From an uncultured archaeon (GTDB lineage Archaea; Micrarchaeota; Micrarchaeia; Micrarchaeales; CABMGC01), in the NCBI GenBank assembly GCA_963704435.1, contig OY969902.1, positions 240,001 to 272,000 on the forward strand: DNA of 32,000 nucleotides, given 5' to 3'. The translations under genes and the position numbers were made by a program. Below are positions 8,908-17,626 of this stretch, one piece after another (within the stretch, counting starts at the first letter, position 1; each line of letters opens with the position of its first letter). A model generated the notes under the pieces. It saw only the letters and a list, made by a program, of their open reading frames with translations. It made no database searches and was not told the origin of the DNA.

Positions 8908-10401
8908 ATGAACATGGACGATCTGCTTGCTTTCACCAAGAGCAAGGGCTTCTTCTGGCCTAGCGCGGAGATATACGGCGGATTCGCGGGGATGTACGAC
9001 TACGGCCACCTGGGCGCGCTCCTGAAGAGGCGGTTCGAGCAGCTCTGGCTATCCTATTTCGTGGAGACGAAAGCGGATTACTACCTGATAGACTGCTCCA
9101 CCATACTGCCCGAGAAGCCGCTGGTCGCCTCGGGGCACGCCGCGCGATTCAACGACATCCTCGTGGGGTGCTCGAAGTGCCACACCTACTACCGGGCGGA
9201 CGTCATGCTGTCCGACTTCAAGATAAAGGTGTCTGAGGGCGCGAGCCCCGCCGAGATCGACGGGCTGATAAGCAAAAACGGCGTCGCGTGCCCCAAATGC
9301 CAGGGGAAGTTCCTGCCCTCGAAAGAGTTCAACATGATGCTTGACGTGCATCTCGGGCCCGAGAAGTCGGACAAGGGCTACCTGAGGCCGGAGACCGCGC
9401 AATCGGCATACCTCAACTTCTTCAGGGAGTTCAACGTTCTGCGCAGGAGCCTGCCGATGGGCCTTGCGGTGATCGGGAAGGCCTACCGGAACGAGATATC
9501 GCCGCGCCAGGGCCTTTACAGGATGAGGGAGCTGACCCAGGCAGAACTCCAGATTTTCTTCGACCCAGAAGAATTCGAGGCGGATTTCGACAAGCTGAAG
9601 AATGTCGAGATGACGGTCGTACCCTACAAGACGAAGAAGCAGGTCACCATAACCGCGGAGGAATTGGTGAGGGATTACGAGATTCCAGAGTTCTACGCCT
9701 ACCACATGGCTGCGATAAGGCTCTTTTACCAAAAAGTAATAGGCCTCCCGGACGAGAAGCTCAGGTTCCTGGAGAAGGGAGGGGACGAGAAGGCGTTCTA
9801 CAACAAGCTTCACATGGACATAGAGGTCGATGTGGAGAGCTGGGGCGGATTCAAGGAGGTCGGAGGGCTGCACTATAGGGGAGATTACGACCTAAGCTCC
9901 CACACGAAGGGCTCGAACACGGACCTCTCCGTTACGATAAACGGGAAGAAGATAGTGCCGCAGGTCCTTGAACTCAGCTTCGGGGTGGACAGGAACGTCT
10001 GGATGCTCATAGACGTCTTCTACAAGAAGGAAGGGGAGAGGAAGGTCCTGGCCTTGAAGCCTTGGCTAGCTCCTTTCAACGCAGCAATATTCGCGCTGCA
10101 GAAGGACGAGAAGATAAATGAAAAGGTGAGGAGCGTATCGGACTCCCTTAAACAGAAATTCAGGGTCTTCGTCGACGACTCGGGCTCCATAGGCAGGAGA
10201 TATGCCAGGATGGACGAGATAGGCACCCCGTTCTGCATAACTGTGGACTTCGACACCGTGACCGAGAGTTCCAAAGATTACGATACAGTAACCGTGAGGG
10301 ACAGGGACACGAAAACGCAGGAGAGGATAAAGATAGACAAACTTGCGGAATTTATAGGAGACCGGATAAACCCTCAAAGCCTGGAGCCTTACCCGCAGTA
10401 G
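8908..10401 (+). CDS. glyS: Glycyl-tRNA synthetase (archaeal/eukaryotic dimeric type)
   Basis: FFWPSAEIYGGFAGMYDYGHLGALLKRR, LRPETAQSAYLNF, KAYRNEISPRQGLYRMRELTQAELQIF, VLELSFGVDRNVWMLI class II motifs. Confidence 0.95.
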   Translation: MNMDDLLAFTKSKGFFWPSAEIYGGFAGMYDYGHLGALLKRRFEQLWLSYFVETKADYYLIDCSTILPEKPLVASGHAARFNDILVGCSKCHTYYRADVMLSDFKIKVSEGASPAEIDGLISKNGVACPKCQGKFLPSKEFNMMLDVHLGPEKSDKGYLRPETAQSAYLNFFREFNVLRRSLPMGLAVIGKAYRNEISPRQGLYRMRELTQAELQIFFDPEEFEADFDKLKNVEMTVVPYKTKKQVTITAEELVRDYEIPEFYAYHMAAIRLFYQKVIGLPDEKLRFLEKGGDEKAFYNKLHMDIEVDVESWGGFKEVGGLHYRGDYDLSSHTKGSNTDLSVTINGKKIVPQVLELSFGVDRNVWMLIDVFYKKEGERKVLALKPWLAPFNAAIFALQKDEKINEKVRSVSDSLKQKFRVFVDDSGSIGRRYARMDEIGTPFCITVDFDTVTESSKDYDTVTVRDRDTKTQERIKIDKLAEFIGDRINPQSLEPYPQ

Positions 10402-10424
10402 ATGGACAAAAGGTTTGGAAAACC

Positions 10425-11063
10425 ATGGAAATCATAGTTTTCGGGGACAGCATAGCCTACGGGGCTTGGGACAAGGAAGGCGGATGGGTGCAGCGGCTCA
10501 GGAAGATTCTTGACGTTAAAACCCTATCGAATCCCGATCAGTTTTATCTCGTATACAATCTTAGCATTGATGGCGCGGACACTGAATTATTGCTAAAGTG
10601 CATCGATTCTGAAATAAAACACAGGATTCAGGGAGGTAGCCCTCTGATATTGATGTTTGCAGTGGGTGTGAACGACTCTTGTTTCGTAACAACTCAGAAT
10701 GCAAATGCGGTAAGTCAAGAGAAATTTGTCGAAAACCTGCGCTCCGTGATCGATACGGCGGAGCGATACACACAAACAATAGTTTTTGTTGGGCTCACTC
10801 CTGTGGATGAGTCAAGAACTACTCCCGTTTTCTGGGATGCCCAGAAACATTACAAAAACAAGAATATCAAAGAATACAATGAGTTAATAAGATCAGTATG
10901 CGAAGGAGAAAACGTACATTTTATAGACCTTTTTCAACGATTCGCAAAAACAGATTACAATGCCCTGCTTGAAGAAGGCTGGCACCCGAATAGCGAGGGG
11001 CACAAGGAGATTTTCGAGATTGTGAAGGCATACCTGATCGAGAAGAAGATTCTCGACTTATGA
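10425..11063 (+). CDS. SGNH/GDSL hydrolase
   Basis: FGDSIAYG block I, FAVGVNDS block III, EGWHPNSEGHKEI block V. Confidence 0.85.
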   Translation: MEIIVFGDSIAYGAWDKEGGWVQRLRKILDVKTLSNPDQFYLVYNLSIDGADTELLLKCIDSEIKHRIQGGSPLILMFAVGVNDSCFVTTQNANAVSQEKFVENLRSVIDTAERYTQTIVFVGLTPVDESRTTPVFWDAQKHYKNKNIKEYNELIRSVCEGENVHFIDLFQRFAKTDYNALLEEGWHPNSEGHKEIFEIVKAYLIEKKILDL

Positions 11064-11087
11064 AGCATGAAGAAAGAATGTGATTGA

Positions 11088-11456
11088 ATGGCAGGAACAA
11101 TAACGATAGAGGAAAACTTTGTCATATTCCGGCCCCATGGACTCGACAAGGTGTGGGCGCTCAAGAACGAACTGAAGATCCCACTGTCCCATGTCAAGGA
11201 CGTTTCGACGGAAAAGCAGGACTGGGCACTGTTCAAGCAGCTGAAGATGGGCGGAACGGGTCTGCCCGGAGTCATAAAGGCAGGGCGATGGCTGGGCAAG
11301 GAAGGGTTCCTGTTCTACGACATGCACAACCTTGACAACTGCGTCACGGTAAGCACCCAGAACGAGTTCTACACAAAGATAATATTCGAGGTCGAGGACA
11401 AGGAAGCCGCCGCGAAAAGGATAAGCGAAGCCGCGATGATGGCGAAACGCAGGTGA
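11088..11456 (+). CDS. Hypothetical small protein
   Basis: ORF track; 4 nt before the next gene, same strand. Confidence 0.7.
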   Translation: MAGTITIEENFVIFRPHGLDKVWALKNELKIPLSHVKDVSTEKQDWALFKQLKMGGTGLPGVIKAGRWLGKEGFLFYDMHNLDNCVTVSTQNEFYTKIIFEVEDKEAAAKRISEAAMMAKRR

Positions 11457-11460
11457 TCGT

Positions 11461-12390
11461 GTGCCTTCCAAAAAGGGAAAAGTGGTCCGCGCGCGGAAAG
11501 ACGCGAATCCGGTGTTCAACGTAAAGGACTTCAGCCTCAGGCTGACTTTCGAGAGCGGCCAGCCTCTGGCCTTCTACGGCGACTATTCCTCGAAGGGCAA
11601 AGATGAAACATTGTCCTACGTGACGCGGCGCGGGCTCATAGAGGTGCGCTGCAGCAACTCCGGCGGATATTCCCGGATAAGCTGCAGGCACTCCGGCGAC
11701 TATACCGACGACTCCGCACGCGAGGACGCCTTCTGGAGGCTCGGGATGGGCCAGGACATGGGCAGGATATACTCCGCCATAAGCACGGACGCGTTCGTGG
11801 AGAAGGCGATCAGGGCCCACTACGGGCTGCGCATAACCAAGAGCGAGCCCTGGGAGGCCGCGCTCTGCTTCACGGTCTCGCAGTTCAACAACATAAAGAG
11901 GATACGGGGCATAATGGGGCGCCTGATCGACAGGTTCGGCGAGGCCCGCGAGGGAGGCGGCAGGAAGTTCCGCCTCTTCCCGAACCCTGCGGCGATAGCC
12001 GGCGCTGACGCCCGCGAACTGATGCGCTGCGGCGCCGGATACAGGGCGGCGTACCTAAAGAGCGTGGCGAAATGTTTCGCGGAGGATTCCGGCCTAGAGC
12101 AGCTTTACGAGAAGGACTACGACAGCGCGAAGAGGGAGCTGCTGGGTATCCACGGCATCGGGGACAAGGTCGCGGACTGCATCCTCCTCTTCGGCTACGG
12201 CAAGCTCGGGGCCTTCCCGGTGGATACATGGATAAAGAGGACCGTCGAGCACACCTATTTCGATGGAAAGAAGAAGAGCGTGCCCGAGATACACGCGTTC
12301 GCCGACGGAAAGTGGGGACCGTACGCGGGCTACGCCCAGCAGTACCTGTTCTGGCACGGCAGGTCGACTGCTGTCGGAAAGTCGAAGTGA
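11461..12390 (+). CDS. 8-oxoguanine DNA glycosylase-like protein (OGG family, HhH-GPD), GTG start
   Basis: DFSLRLTFESGQPLAFYG N-terminal OGG-like start; GIHGIGDKVADCILLFGYGKLGAFPVDTWIKRTVE HhH plus catalytic Lys region. Confidence 0.85.
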   Translation: MPSKKGKVVRARKDANPVFNVKDFSLRLTFESGQPLAFYGDYSSKGKDETLSYVTRRGLIEVRCSNSGGYSRISCRHSGDYTDDSAREDAFWRLGMGQDMGRIYSAISTDAFVEKAIRAHYGLRITKSEPWEAALCFTVSQFNNIKRIRGIMGRLIDRFGEAREGGGRKFRLFPNPAAIAGADARELMRCGAGYRAAYLKSVAKCFAEDSGLEQLYEKDYDSAKRELLGIHGIGDKVADCILLFGYGKLGAFPVDTWIKRTVEHTYFDGKKKSVPEIHAFADGKWGPYAGYAQQYLFWHGRSTAVGKSK

Positions 12391-12476
12391 GGTTCCTGAA
12401 TGCCATTTACGAATAACGCCGCAGCTACGCGTTTCGATAGTGTTTTATCCTTTCTATCAGATAGTATTGCGAGCCT

Positions 12477-13367
12477 ATGCCGGATTCAAGATGCAACAGG
12501 CATTTCAGGTCGCAGTCCGCGATGGAGTACCTGATGACCTACGGATGGTCGATCCTCATAATCACGGTGATCCTGGGCGCGCTCTACAGCGTCGGCGCGT
12601 TCGGATCGTCGAACATCGGCCCCCGCGCGCCTCCGGGGAACTGCAAGATATTCCGGTCGTCGGGCGAGGCCAACCTCGAGGGCACGTGCGGCGGTGTCCT
12701 GCCGCAGCAGGTCGCGCAGTTCAACGGCCAGAGCTATGTGTATGTGGGCAGCAATGCGTTGCAGATGAACAACCTTGCGACCGCTTTGACGGTGTCCATA
12801 TGGGCGGATCCGCAGAGCCTAGGCCCCAACAGCCAGTACCTGTTCTCCAATTCGAGAGATAGCGGTGGCACTTACAACGGTTACAATCTGTATGTGTCCA
12901 ACACCGGAGTGCCTATCTTCCTAGTATGGAACCTGGCCTCCAACAGCGTATCGGGGGGCACGCTAAGCATGAACGCGTGGTACCAGGTGGCAGGCGTCTA
13001 TGACGGATCGTACCTTTACATATACGTGAATGGTGCGCTTAAAAACAAAATCGCGTATTCTGGAGGGGTAGGCGTACCTTCGTCCTACGGCGCGCTGATA
13101 GGCGTGCTCGCATATAATTATCCTACGTATTACAAATTCGTAGGAGACCTTGCGAATCTGCAGATTTACAACACCTCCCTCGACGCCAATCAGATACAGA
13201 CGCTCTACATCAAGGGCATAGGCGCCGCTCCGGTGGATCCGTATCACATTATAGGATGGTGGCCGCTGAACGGCAACGCCACTGACTACAGCGGAAACAA
13301 CAACGGCGGAGCAGCGACCAACGTCATCTACACGGGCTCGTGGCTTTCGGGATATACCCCTCCTTAA
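12477..13367 (+). CDS. Surface/secreted protein with class III (pilin-like) signal and LamG-like domain
   Basis: RSQSAMEYLMTYGWSILIITVILGALYSVGAFG; then TVSIWADPQSLGP...WYQVAGVYDGSYLYIYVNGALKN typical LamG core. Confidence 0.8.
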   Translation: MPDSRCNRHFRSQSAMEYLMTYGWSILIITVILGALYSVGAFGSSNIGPRAPPGNCKIFRSSGEANLEGTCGGVLPQQVAQFNGQSYVYVGSNALQMNNLATALTVSIWADPQSLGPNSQYLFSNSRDSGGTYNGYNLYVSNTGVPIFLVWNLASNSVSGGTLSMNAWYQVAGVYDGSYLYIYVNGALKNKIAYSGGVGVPSSYGALIGVLAYNYPTYYKFVGDLANLQIYNTSLDANQIQTLYIKGIGAAPVDPYHIIGWWPLNGNATDYSGNNNGGAATNVIYTGSWLSGYTPP

Positions 13368-13412
13368 GCGGACTAAAAACCCGAAGTCAGGAATCGGGAT
13401 AGAAGAGGAAAG

Positions 13413-14472
13413 GTAGGGACTTGACAAATTTTAAGTCTTTGCACCCAATATGATTTCGGGGGTTTTCTCTTCTCTTTTTATCGTCGGGAAAATAAGGTCG
13501 TGAGTCTCCTGGACGGCCGATACGTCAGTGTATCGACCGCCTTGCCAGGAGTTGAAGACAATGGAAATCTATGAACTAAAGAATAAAATAATAGAAGTTT
13601 GGGCTGCGGCTAAGGTGATCGTGCAGAAGTTCGGGCATACGAGGAAGTTTGCGAAGCATCTTGTCGCCTTTGCGATAAGGCAACATGAGAATCTTACCGA
13701 CGTAAGACTCGCGGAGTTCCTAGTCAGGGACCCGATAGGAAAGATCCTTGGTTACACGAGGAAGCCGCATCCGTCGACCTTCTCGAAGGTGCGGGAACGG
13801 TCGGATGCGGAGATGTTTGCGGAACTGCACAACTGGATAGTGCAGGACCGGATGAAATCAAGGCAACTGCGACTTATCGTGCAGGACAGTACCGACGTCT
13901 TCGCATATTCGCGCAAGGACGGCGATGCGAGGTGGGGGCACAGAACTCCGTCAAGGAAAGAACAACTGATGCAAAACCTCGGCAATGGGAAAGAACTGTT
14001 CTTCGGTTATAAACCACATGTAATCGTAGAAGCCGAGACGGAAACGCCACTTGCAATTGAGGTCATACCTGCGAACACAAACGACAAGAAGATGTTCTGG
14101 CCGCTGTACGACAGAGTAAAGAAGACCTTTCAACTGCAGTATCAGTCAAAATACATTGCGGATGCACAGTACCACGCATCAGCGATAAGGATGCAGTTGC
14201 GCGACGATGGCCTAACTCCAGTAATCCCGAGAAGCGGCAACAAGTATCTGAAAACAGAGAACCCGAAGGATCCGGAGTATGGGAAGAGGTGGGCCGTCGA
14301 ACACCTCTTTGCAAGGTTGAAGGAGCTGTTCGGGCTTGCAAAGAACAGGTTCGTTGGCATAAAGAAGGTCAGGATTCACGTGTTTTCCTGCCTCCTCGCA
14401 AACCTGATCGAATACGTGATGTGAAGGGGTTTGTATTTGACGAGGTGACTGAATGTAAATGTCAACTCCCTA
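13413..14472 (+). mobile_element. IS element (IS5/IS4-like DDE transposase) with short imperfect TIRs and candidate 7-bp TSD
   Basis: Left TAGGGACTTGACA (13414-13426); right TGTCAACTCCCTA (14460-14472), reverse complement TAGGGAGTTGACA. AGGAAAG occurs at 13406-13412 and 14472-14478. Exact edges uncertain by 1-2 nt. Confidence 0.75.
13561..14424 (+). CDS. DDE transposase (ORF track opens at 13528; MEIYELKN start preferred)
   Basis: LIVQDSTDVF, YIADAQYH, and perfect YREK motif Y-GK-R-WAV-E-HLFARL-K. Confidence 0.9.
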   Translation: MEIYELKNKIIEVWAAAKVIVQKFGHTRKFAKHLVAFAIRQHENLTDVRLAEFLVRDPIGKILGYTRKPHPSTFSKVRERSDAEMFAELHNWIVQDRMKSRQLRLIVQDSTDVFAYSRKDGDARWGHRTPSRKEQLMQNLGNGKELFFGYKPHVIVEAETETPLAIEVIPANTNDKKMFWPLYDRVKKTFQLQYQSKYIADAQYHASAIRMQLRDDGLTPVIPRSGNKYLKTENPKDPEYGKRWAVEHLFARLKELFGLAKNRFVGIKKVRIHVFSCLLANLIEYVM

Positions 14473-14522
14473 GGAAAGTCCCCTCCCTCAGGGATATAAA
14501 CCTATTCAGCGGATTCTAGTCC

Positions 14523-16028
14523 ATGGGACTCATCAAGGTCCAGAACGTGATGAGCAACGAGCTCGCGAAGAGGACCATCTTCAGCAGGCCGCCCGAGCCG
14601 CCACAGGAATACCTGCTCAACGATCCCACGAACTCGATATTCATAGGCATAACCAAGCTCTTCAGCGTGCCCTTCACGTGGACGTTCGCCGGCCTGACCA
14701 ATCCCCACATATCCGTGGTCGGAATAACCGGAGCCGGGAAGAGCTTCTTCGTGAAGACGTTCCTCATAAGGGCCAGCTACATCTGGAACACCAACGCGAT
14801 AATAATAGACTGGGCAGGGGAGTACAAGGCGTGGGTCAACCAGAGCGGCGGGGTCACCGTCTCACTGGGGAAGGGCGACTACATCAACATCATGGACCTA
14901 TCGGGCATGAAGCCCCTCGACAGGTCCAAGCAGATACTCACGTCGCTCGAGATACTCACGGACCTCTCGGAATATCCCGAGCAGAAGAGGCTCACAGAGG
15001 AGGCCATAGAGCAGGCGTACACGAACTTCGGGTTCAACCCCGCCGAGACGCCCCCTCCTAACAAGGAGGCGCCCACGTTCAAGGACGTGATAAACCTCCT
15101 GGAGGAGAAGCTGCAGGAGGGCACCTACGAGTATCCGGCGGAGCTCGAGAACGCGGTCTACAGGCTCAGGCAGTTCGCCCGCGAGGGGGAGGACTACTTC
15201 GCGAGGAAGAGCACCATAGACCTCGACAAGCTGATAACCTCGGGGCTGGTGGACATAGACCTGTCCAGCCTCCCGGACGAGAGGTTCAGGGCGCTTGCCG
15301 CGCTGTTCATGCTGCAGACGCTGAAGGAGAAGATGAGGATGGAGGGCTGGAGCGCTTCGAAGGGGCTTAAGGCATTCGTCGTCCTCGACGAGGCGTGGAA
15401 GGTCGCGAGCGACGAGAGGAGCGACGCGATCACCATAGTCAGGGAGGGCAGGAAGTACCAGTTCGGGCTGATTGTCGCGTCGCAGAACCCGACGGACATC
15501 AACGAGGCGATATTCTCCAACGTGGGCACATCCATAATGCTCAGGATAAGGTTCGAGAAGTTCCTCGACTACCTGCAGGGCTCGCTCAACTTCTCTAACT
15601 TCATGAGGAGCGAGATCAGCAAGTTCGGCGTAGGGCAGGCCGCGGTGGACATGTCGTTCCAGACATCGGTGCAGTTCCCCGAGGTGTTCCTGATAGACAG
15701 GGTGGTGGGCGAGATACCCCTCGACGTCTACACCGTGGGCGTCACGGGCGTGCTCAACCAGGCCGAGCTCGAGGACACGAGCCTGCAGAAGGAGTACTAC
15801 TTAGAGAGGATAGACCTGAACTCGAAGTTCATACAGTCGAACGTGAACTCTGTCGCGATAGACGAGATCTTCAGGGAGCTGGACGCGAGGAACAGGAGCA
15901 TCGACATAAGGGGCCTCGTGCAGGTGATGCTGAGCAAGAAGGTCAGCAAGGACACCGCGGTCGAGCTCCTCAGGAGCTTCGGGCTCTCCGACGCCATAAT
16001 AACCAGGGTCTTCATGTACATATCATAG
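14523..16028 (+). CDS. VirB4/HerA-like AAA+ ATPase
   Basis: NPHISVVGITGAGKSFFVKTFL Walker A, AFVVLDEAWKV Walker B, FGLIVASQNPTD motif. Confidence 0.9.
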   Translation: MGLIKVQNVMSNELAKRTIFSRPPEPPQEYLLNDPTNSIFIGITKLFSVPFTWTFAGLTNPHISVVGITGAGKSFFVKTFLIRASYIWNTNAIIIDWAGEYKAWVNQSGGVTVSLGKGDYINIMDLSGMKPLDRSKQILTSLEILTDLSEYPEQKRLTEEAIEQAYTNFGFNPAETPPPNKEAPTFKDVINLLEEKLQEGTYEYPAELENAVYRLRQFAREGEDYFARKSTIDLDKLITSGLVDIDLSSLPDERFRALAALFMLQTLKEKMRMEGWSASKGLKAFVVLDEAWKVASDERSDAITIVREGRKYQFGLIVASQNPTDINEAIFSNVGTSIMLRIRFEKFLDYLQGSLNFSNFMRSEISKFGVGQAAVDMSFQTSVQFPEVFLIDRVVGEIPLDVYTVGVTGVLNQAELEDTSLQKEYYLERIDLNSKFIQSNVNSVAIDEIFRELDARNRSIDIRGLVQVMLSKKVSKDTAVELLRSFGLSDAIITRVFMYIS

Positions 16029-16036
16029 GTGTCGCC

Positions 16037-16333
16037 TTGGGATCCACTTTCACCATCGGCAGGATAATGCTGAAGCGGACGCTCATTGCGCTCGGCATGA
16101 GCGAGAAGAGCGTGGACGAGCTGCTCGCGGAGCTAAACAAGACGCACAGGCACGCCAACGCGGTGGCGTTCGCGGGCTCCCTGCAGAGGCTGGGGCTCAA
16201 GCAGGAGGACATCGTAAACGTGCTCAGGAGGATAGGCATAGACGACATAACTATATCCAGCATCTTCAACGTCGTGGACGAGGAGAGGATAAAGAGCGCT
16301 TACGGGAGGGTCGTCGAGATATACATTCAATAG
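16037..16333 (+). CDS. Hypothetical small helical protein
   Basis: ORF track; tightly spaced within operon. Confidence 0.7.
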   Translation: MGSTFTIGRIMLKRTLIALGMSEKSVDELLAELNKTHRHANAVAFAGSLQRLGLKQEDIVNVLRRIGIDDITISSIFNVVDEERIKSAYGRVVEIYIQ

Positions 16334-16335
16334 GC

Positions 16336-16701
16336 GTGTGCATGGCGAAGACATACTGCATGATCTGCGGGAAGGAGAAGGGCGGGATAGCCGTCGAGGA
16401 GGACTACGTCCTCGGCGCGATAAGGTGGTTCAAGAGCAACGTCACCAGGAACGAGAAGGGGAACCGTCTGGTCGTGTGCAGGGACTGCTACGCGCAGTAC
16501 AAGAAGGAGAGGAAGAGGTACGAGTCCAGGCAGGTCGTCTACGCGGTGCTCGGCGTGCTTTTCTTCGTCGTGAGCGTGGCGATGTTCCCGAGGGCGACCA
16601 CTGTCGCCGTATCCATCGGGGTCTGCGCGCTCCTGTACCTCTTTTCGCTGATGAGCTACGTGCCCAGGGTATCTCAAAGACCGCAGCAGCGCAATCAATA
16701 A
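16336..16701 (+). CDS. Zinc-ribbon membrane protein
   Basis: CMICGKEKGG...VVCRDC zinc-binding pairs followed by two hydrophobic helices. Confidence 0.75.
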   Translation: MCMAKTYCMICGKEKGGIAVEEDYVLGAIRWFKSNVTRNEKGNRLVVCRDCYAQYKKERKRYESRQVVYAVLGVLFFVVSVAMFPRATTVAVSIGVCALLYLFSLMSYVPRVSQRPQQRNQ

Positions 16702-16734
16702 ATACGTTGATAGAGATAGAAGGACGTGAGTTAG

Positions 16735-17463
16735 TTGCCCGAAGAAGAGACCGAGGTGGAGCCCAAGATCGAGAGGGTGGAGTTTCCGGGCAAGCTCAAC
16801 GGTACGGTCTCTGCCGTGAAGGACAAGGTCGCGCAGATGCCCTTCTACAACTTCCGCGAGGCGGAGGGCGGCATAGACATAGTCAGGGTCGAGAGCAGGA
16901 ACGTGCGCAAGAAGCCCTTCCTCTTCTACATAATAACGGTCAAGCCTGACGCGCTCACGCTCACCTATTCCATAGTGCCTGGGAGCAGCGACAGGCTCAG
17001 GAGGGCGGTCGTGATAAAGAACCTTGCCTCGATACTGTCGGTGATATCGGACAGCTTCGCCATAGAGGAGGGCAAGTTCTTCCAGTACGTCGATTCGGTG
17101 CTCGATAGCCTGATAAACGGCATGTCGCAGGGGTACAGCACGCTGTTCAACAAGTACGACGCGGTCGCCGGGGAGTACGCGGAGCTGAAGAAGCTGGCCA
17201 ACGACCTCGCGATGTCCAACAAGAACCTAACGACCCAGACCAGCCAGCTGAGCGAGGAGAACAAGACGCTCAACGAGCAGCTCATGTCGCTGCAGACCTA
17301 CTCGGACGACGCGCTGATGGGCATGGTGGAGGACTGGATAGAGGTGCACAGCAGCGCGATAGACGTCGGGGAGTTCTCCAAGACCTACAAGGTCCCGGAG
17401 CCCAGGATCGAGCAGATACTCGACAAGATGGTCGCCGCGGGCTACATAGAGCTCAAGGGTTGA
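16735..17463 (+). CDS. Coiled-coil protein with C-terminal winged-helix-like segment (TTG start)
   Basis: LANDLAMSNKNLTTQTSQLSEENKTLNEQLMSLQ coiled coil; VGEFSKTYKVPEPRIEQILDKMVAAGYIELKG wH-like end. Confidence 0.75.
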   Translation: MPEEETEVEPKIERVEFPGKLNGTVSAVKDKVAQMPFYNFREAEGGIDIVRVESRNVRKKPFLFYIITVKPDALTLTYSIVPGSSDRLRRAVVIKNLASILSVISDSFAIEEGKFFQYVDSVLDSLINGMSQGYSTLFNKYDAVAGEYAELKKLANDLAMSNKNLTTQTSQLSEENKTLNEQLMSLQTYSDDALMGMVEDWIEVHSSAIDVGEFSKTYKVPEPRIEQILDKMVAAGYIELKG

Positions 17464-17473
17464 GGCTGGGCGC

Positions 17474-17626
17474 ATGAGATACAACGTGACCGTGAACAAG
17501 AAGTACAGGCACGTGAAGGTGTACCGCATCGTAAAGCGGCTCAACGAGAGCACCAACCCGCTCTCCGCGGCTTTCGCCTCCCTGGTCGACAGGTTCGTGA
17601 GCTCAAGGTCCAAGAGGTCGGGATGA
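17474..17626 (+). CDS. 50-aa basic protein not in the ORF track: MRYNVTVNKKYRHVKVYRIVKRLNESTNPLSAAFASLVDRFVSSRSKRSG
   Basis: Manual translation; its stop overlaps the next gene's start (ATGA at 17623-17626), suggesting translational coupling. Confidence 0.6.
   Translation: MRYNVTVNKKYRHVKVYRIVKRLNESTNPLSAAFASLVDRFVSSRSKRSG

Noticed and set aside
9049-9873. 274-aa minus-strand ORF opposite glyS
   Set aside because: Antisense shadow in GC-rich coding DNA.
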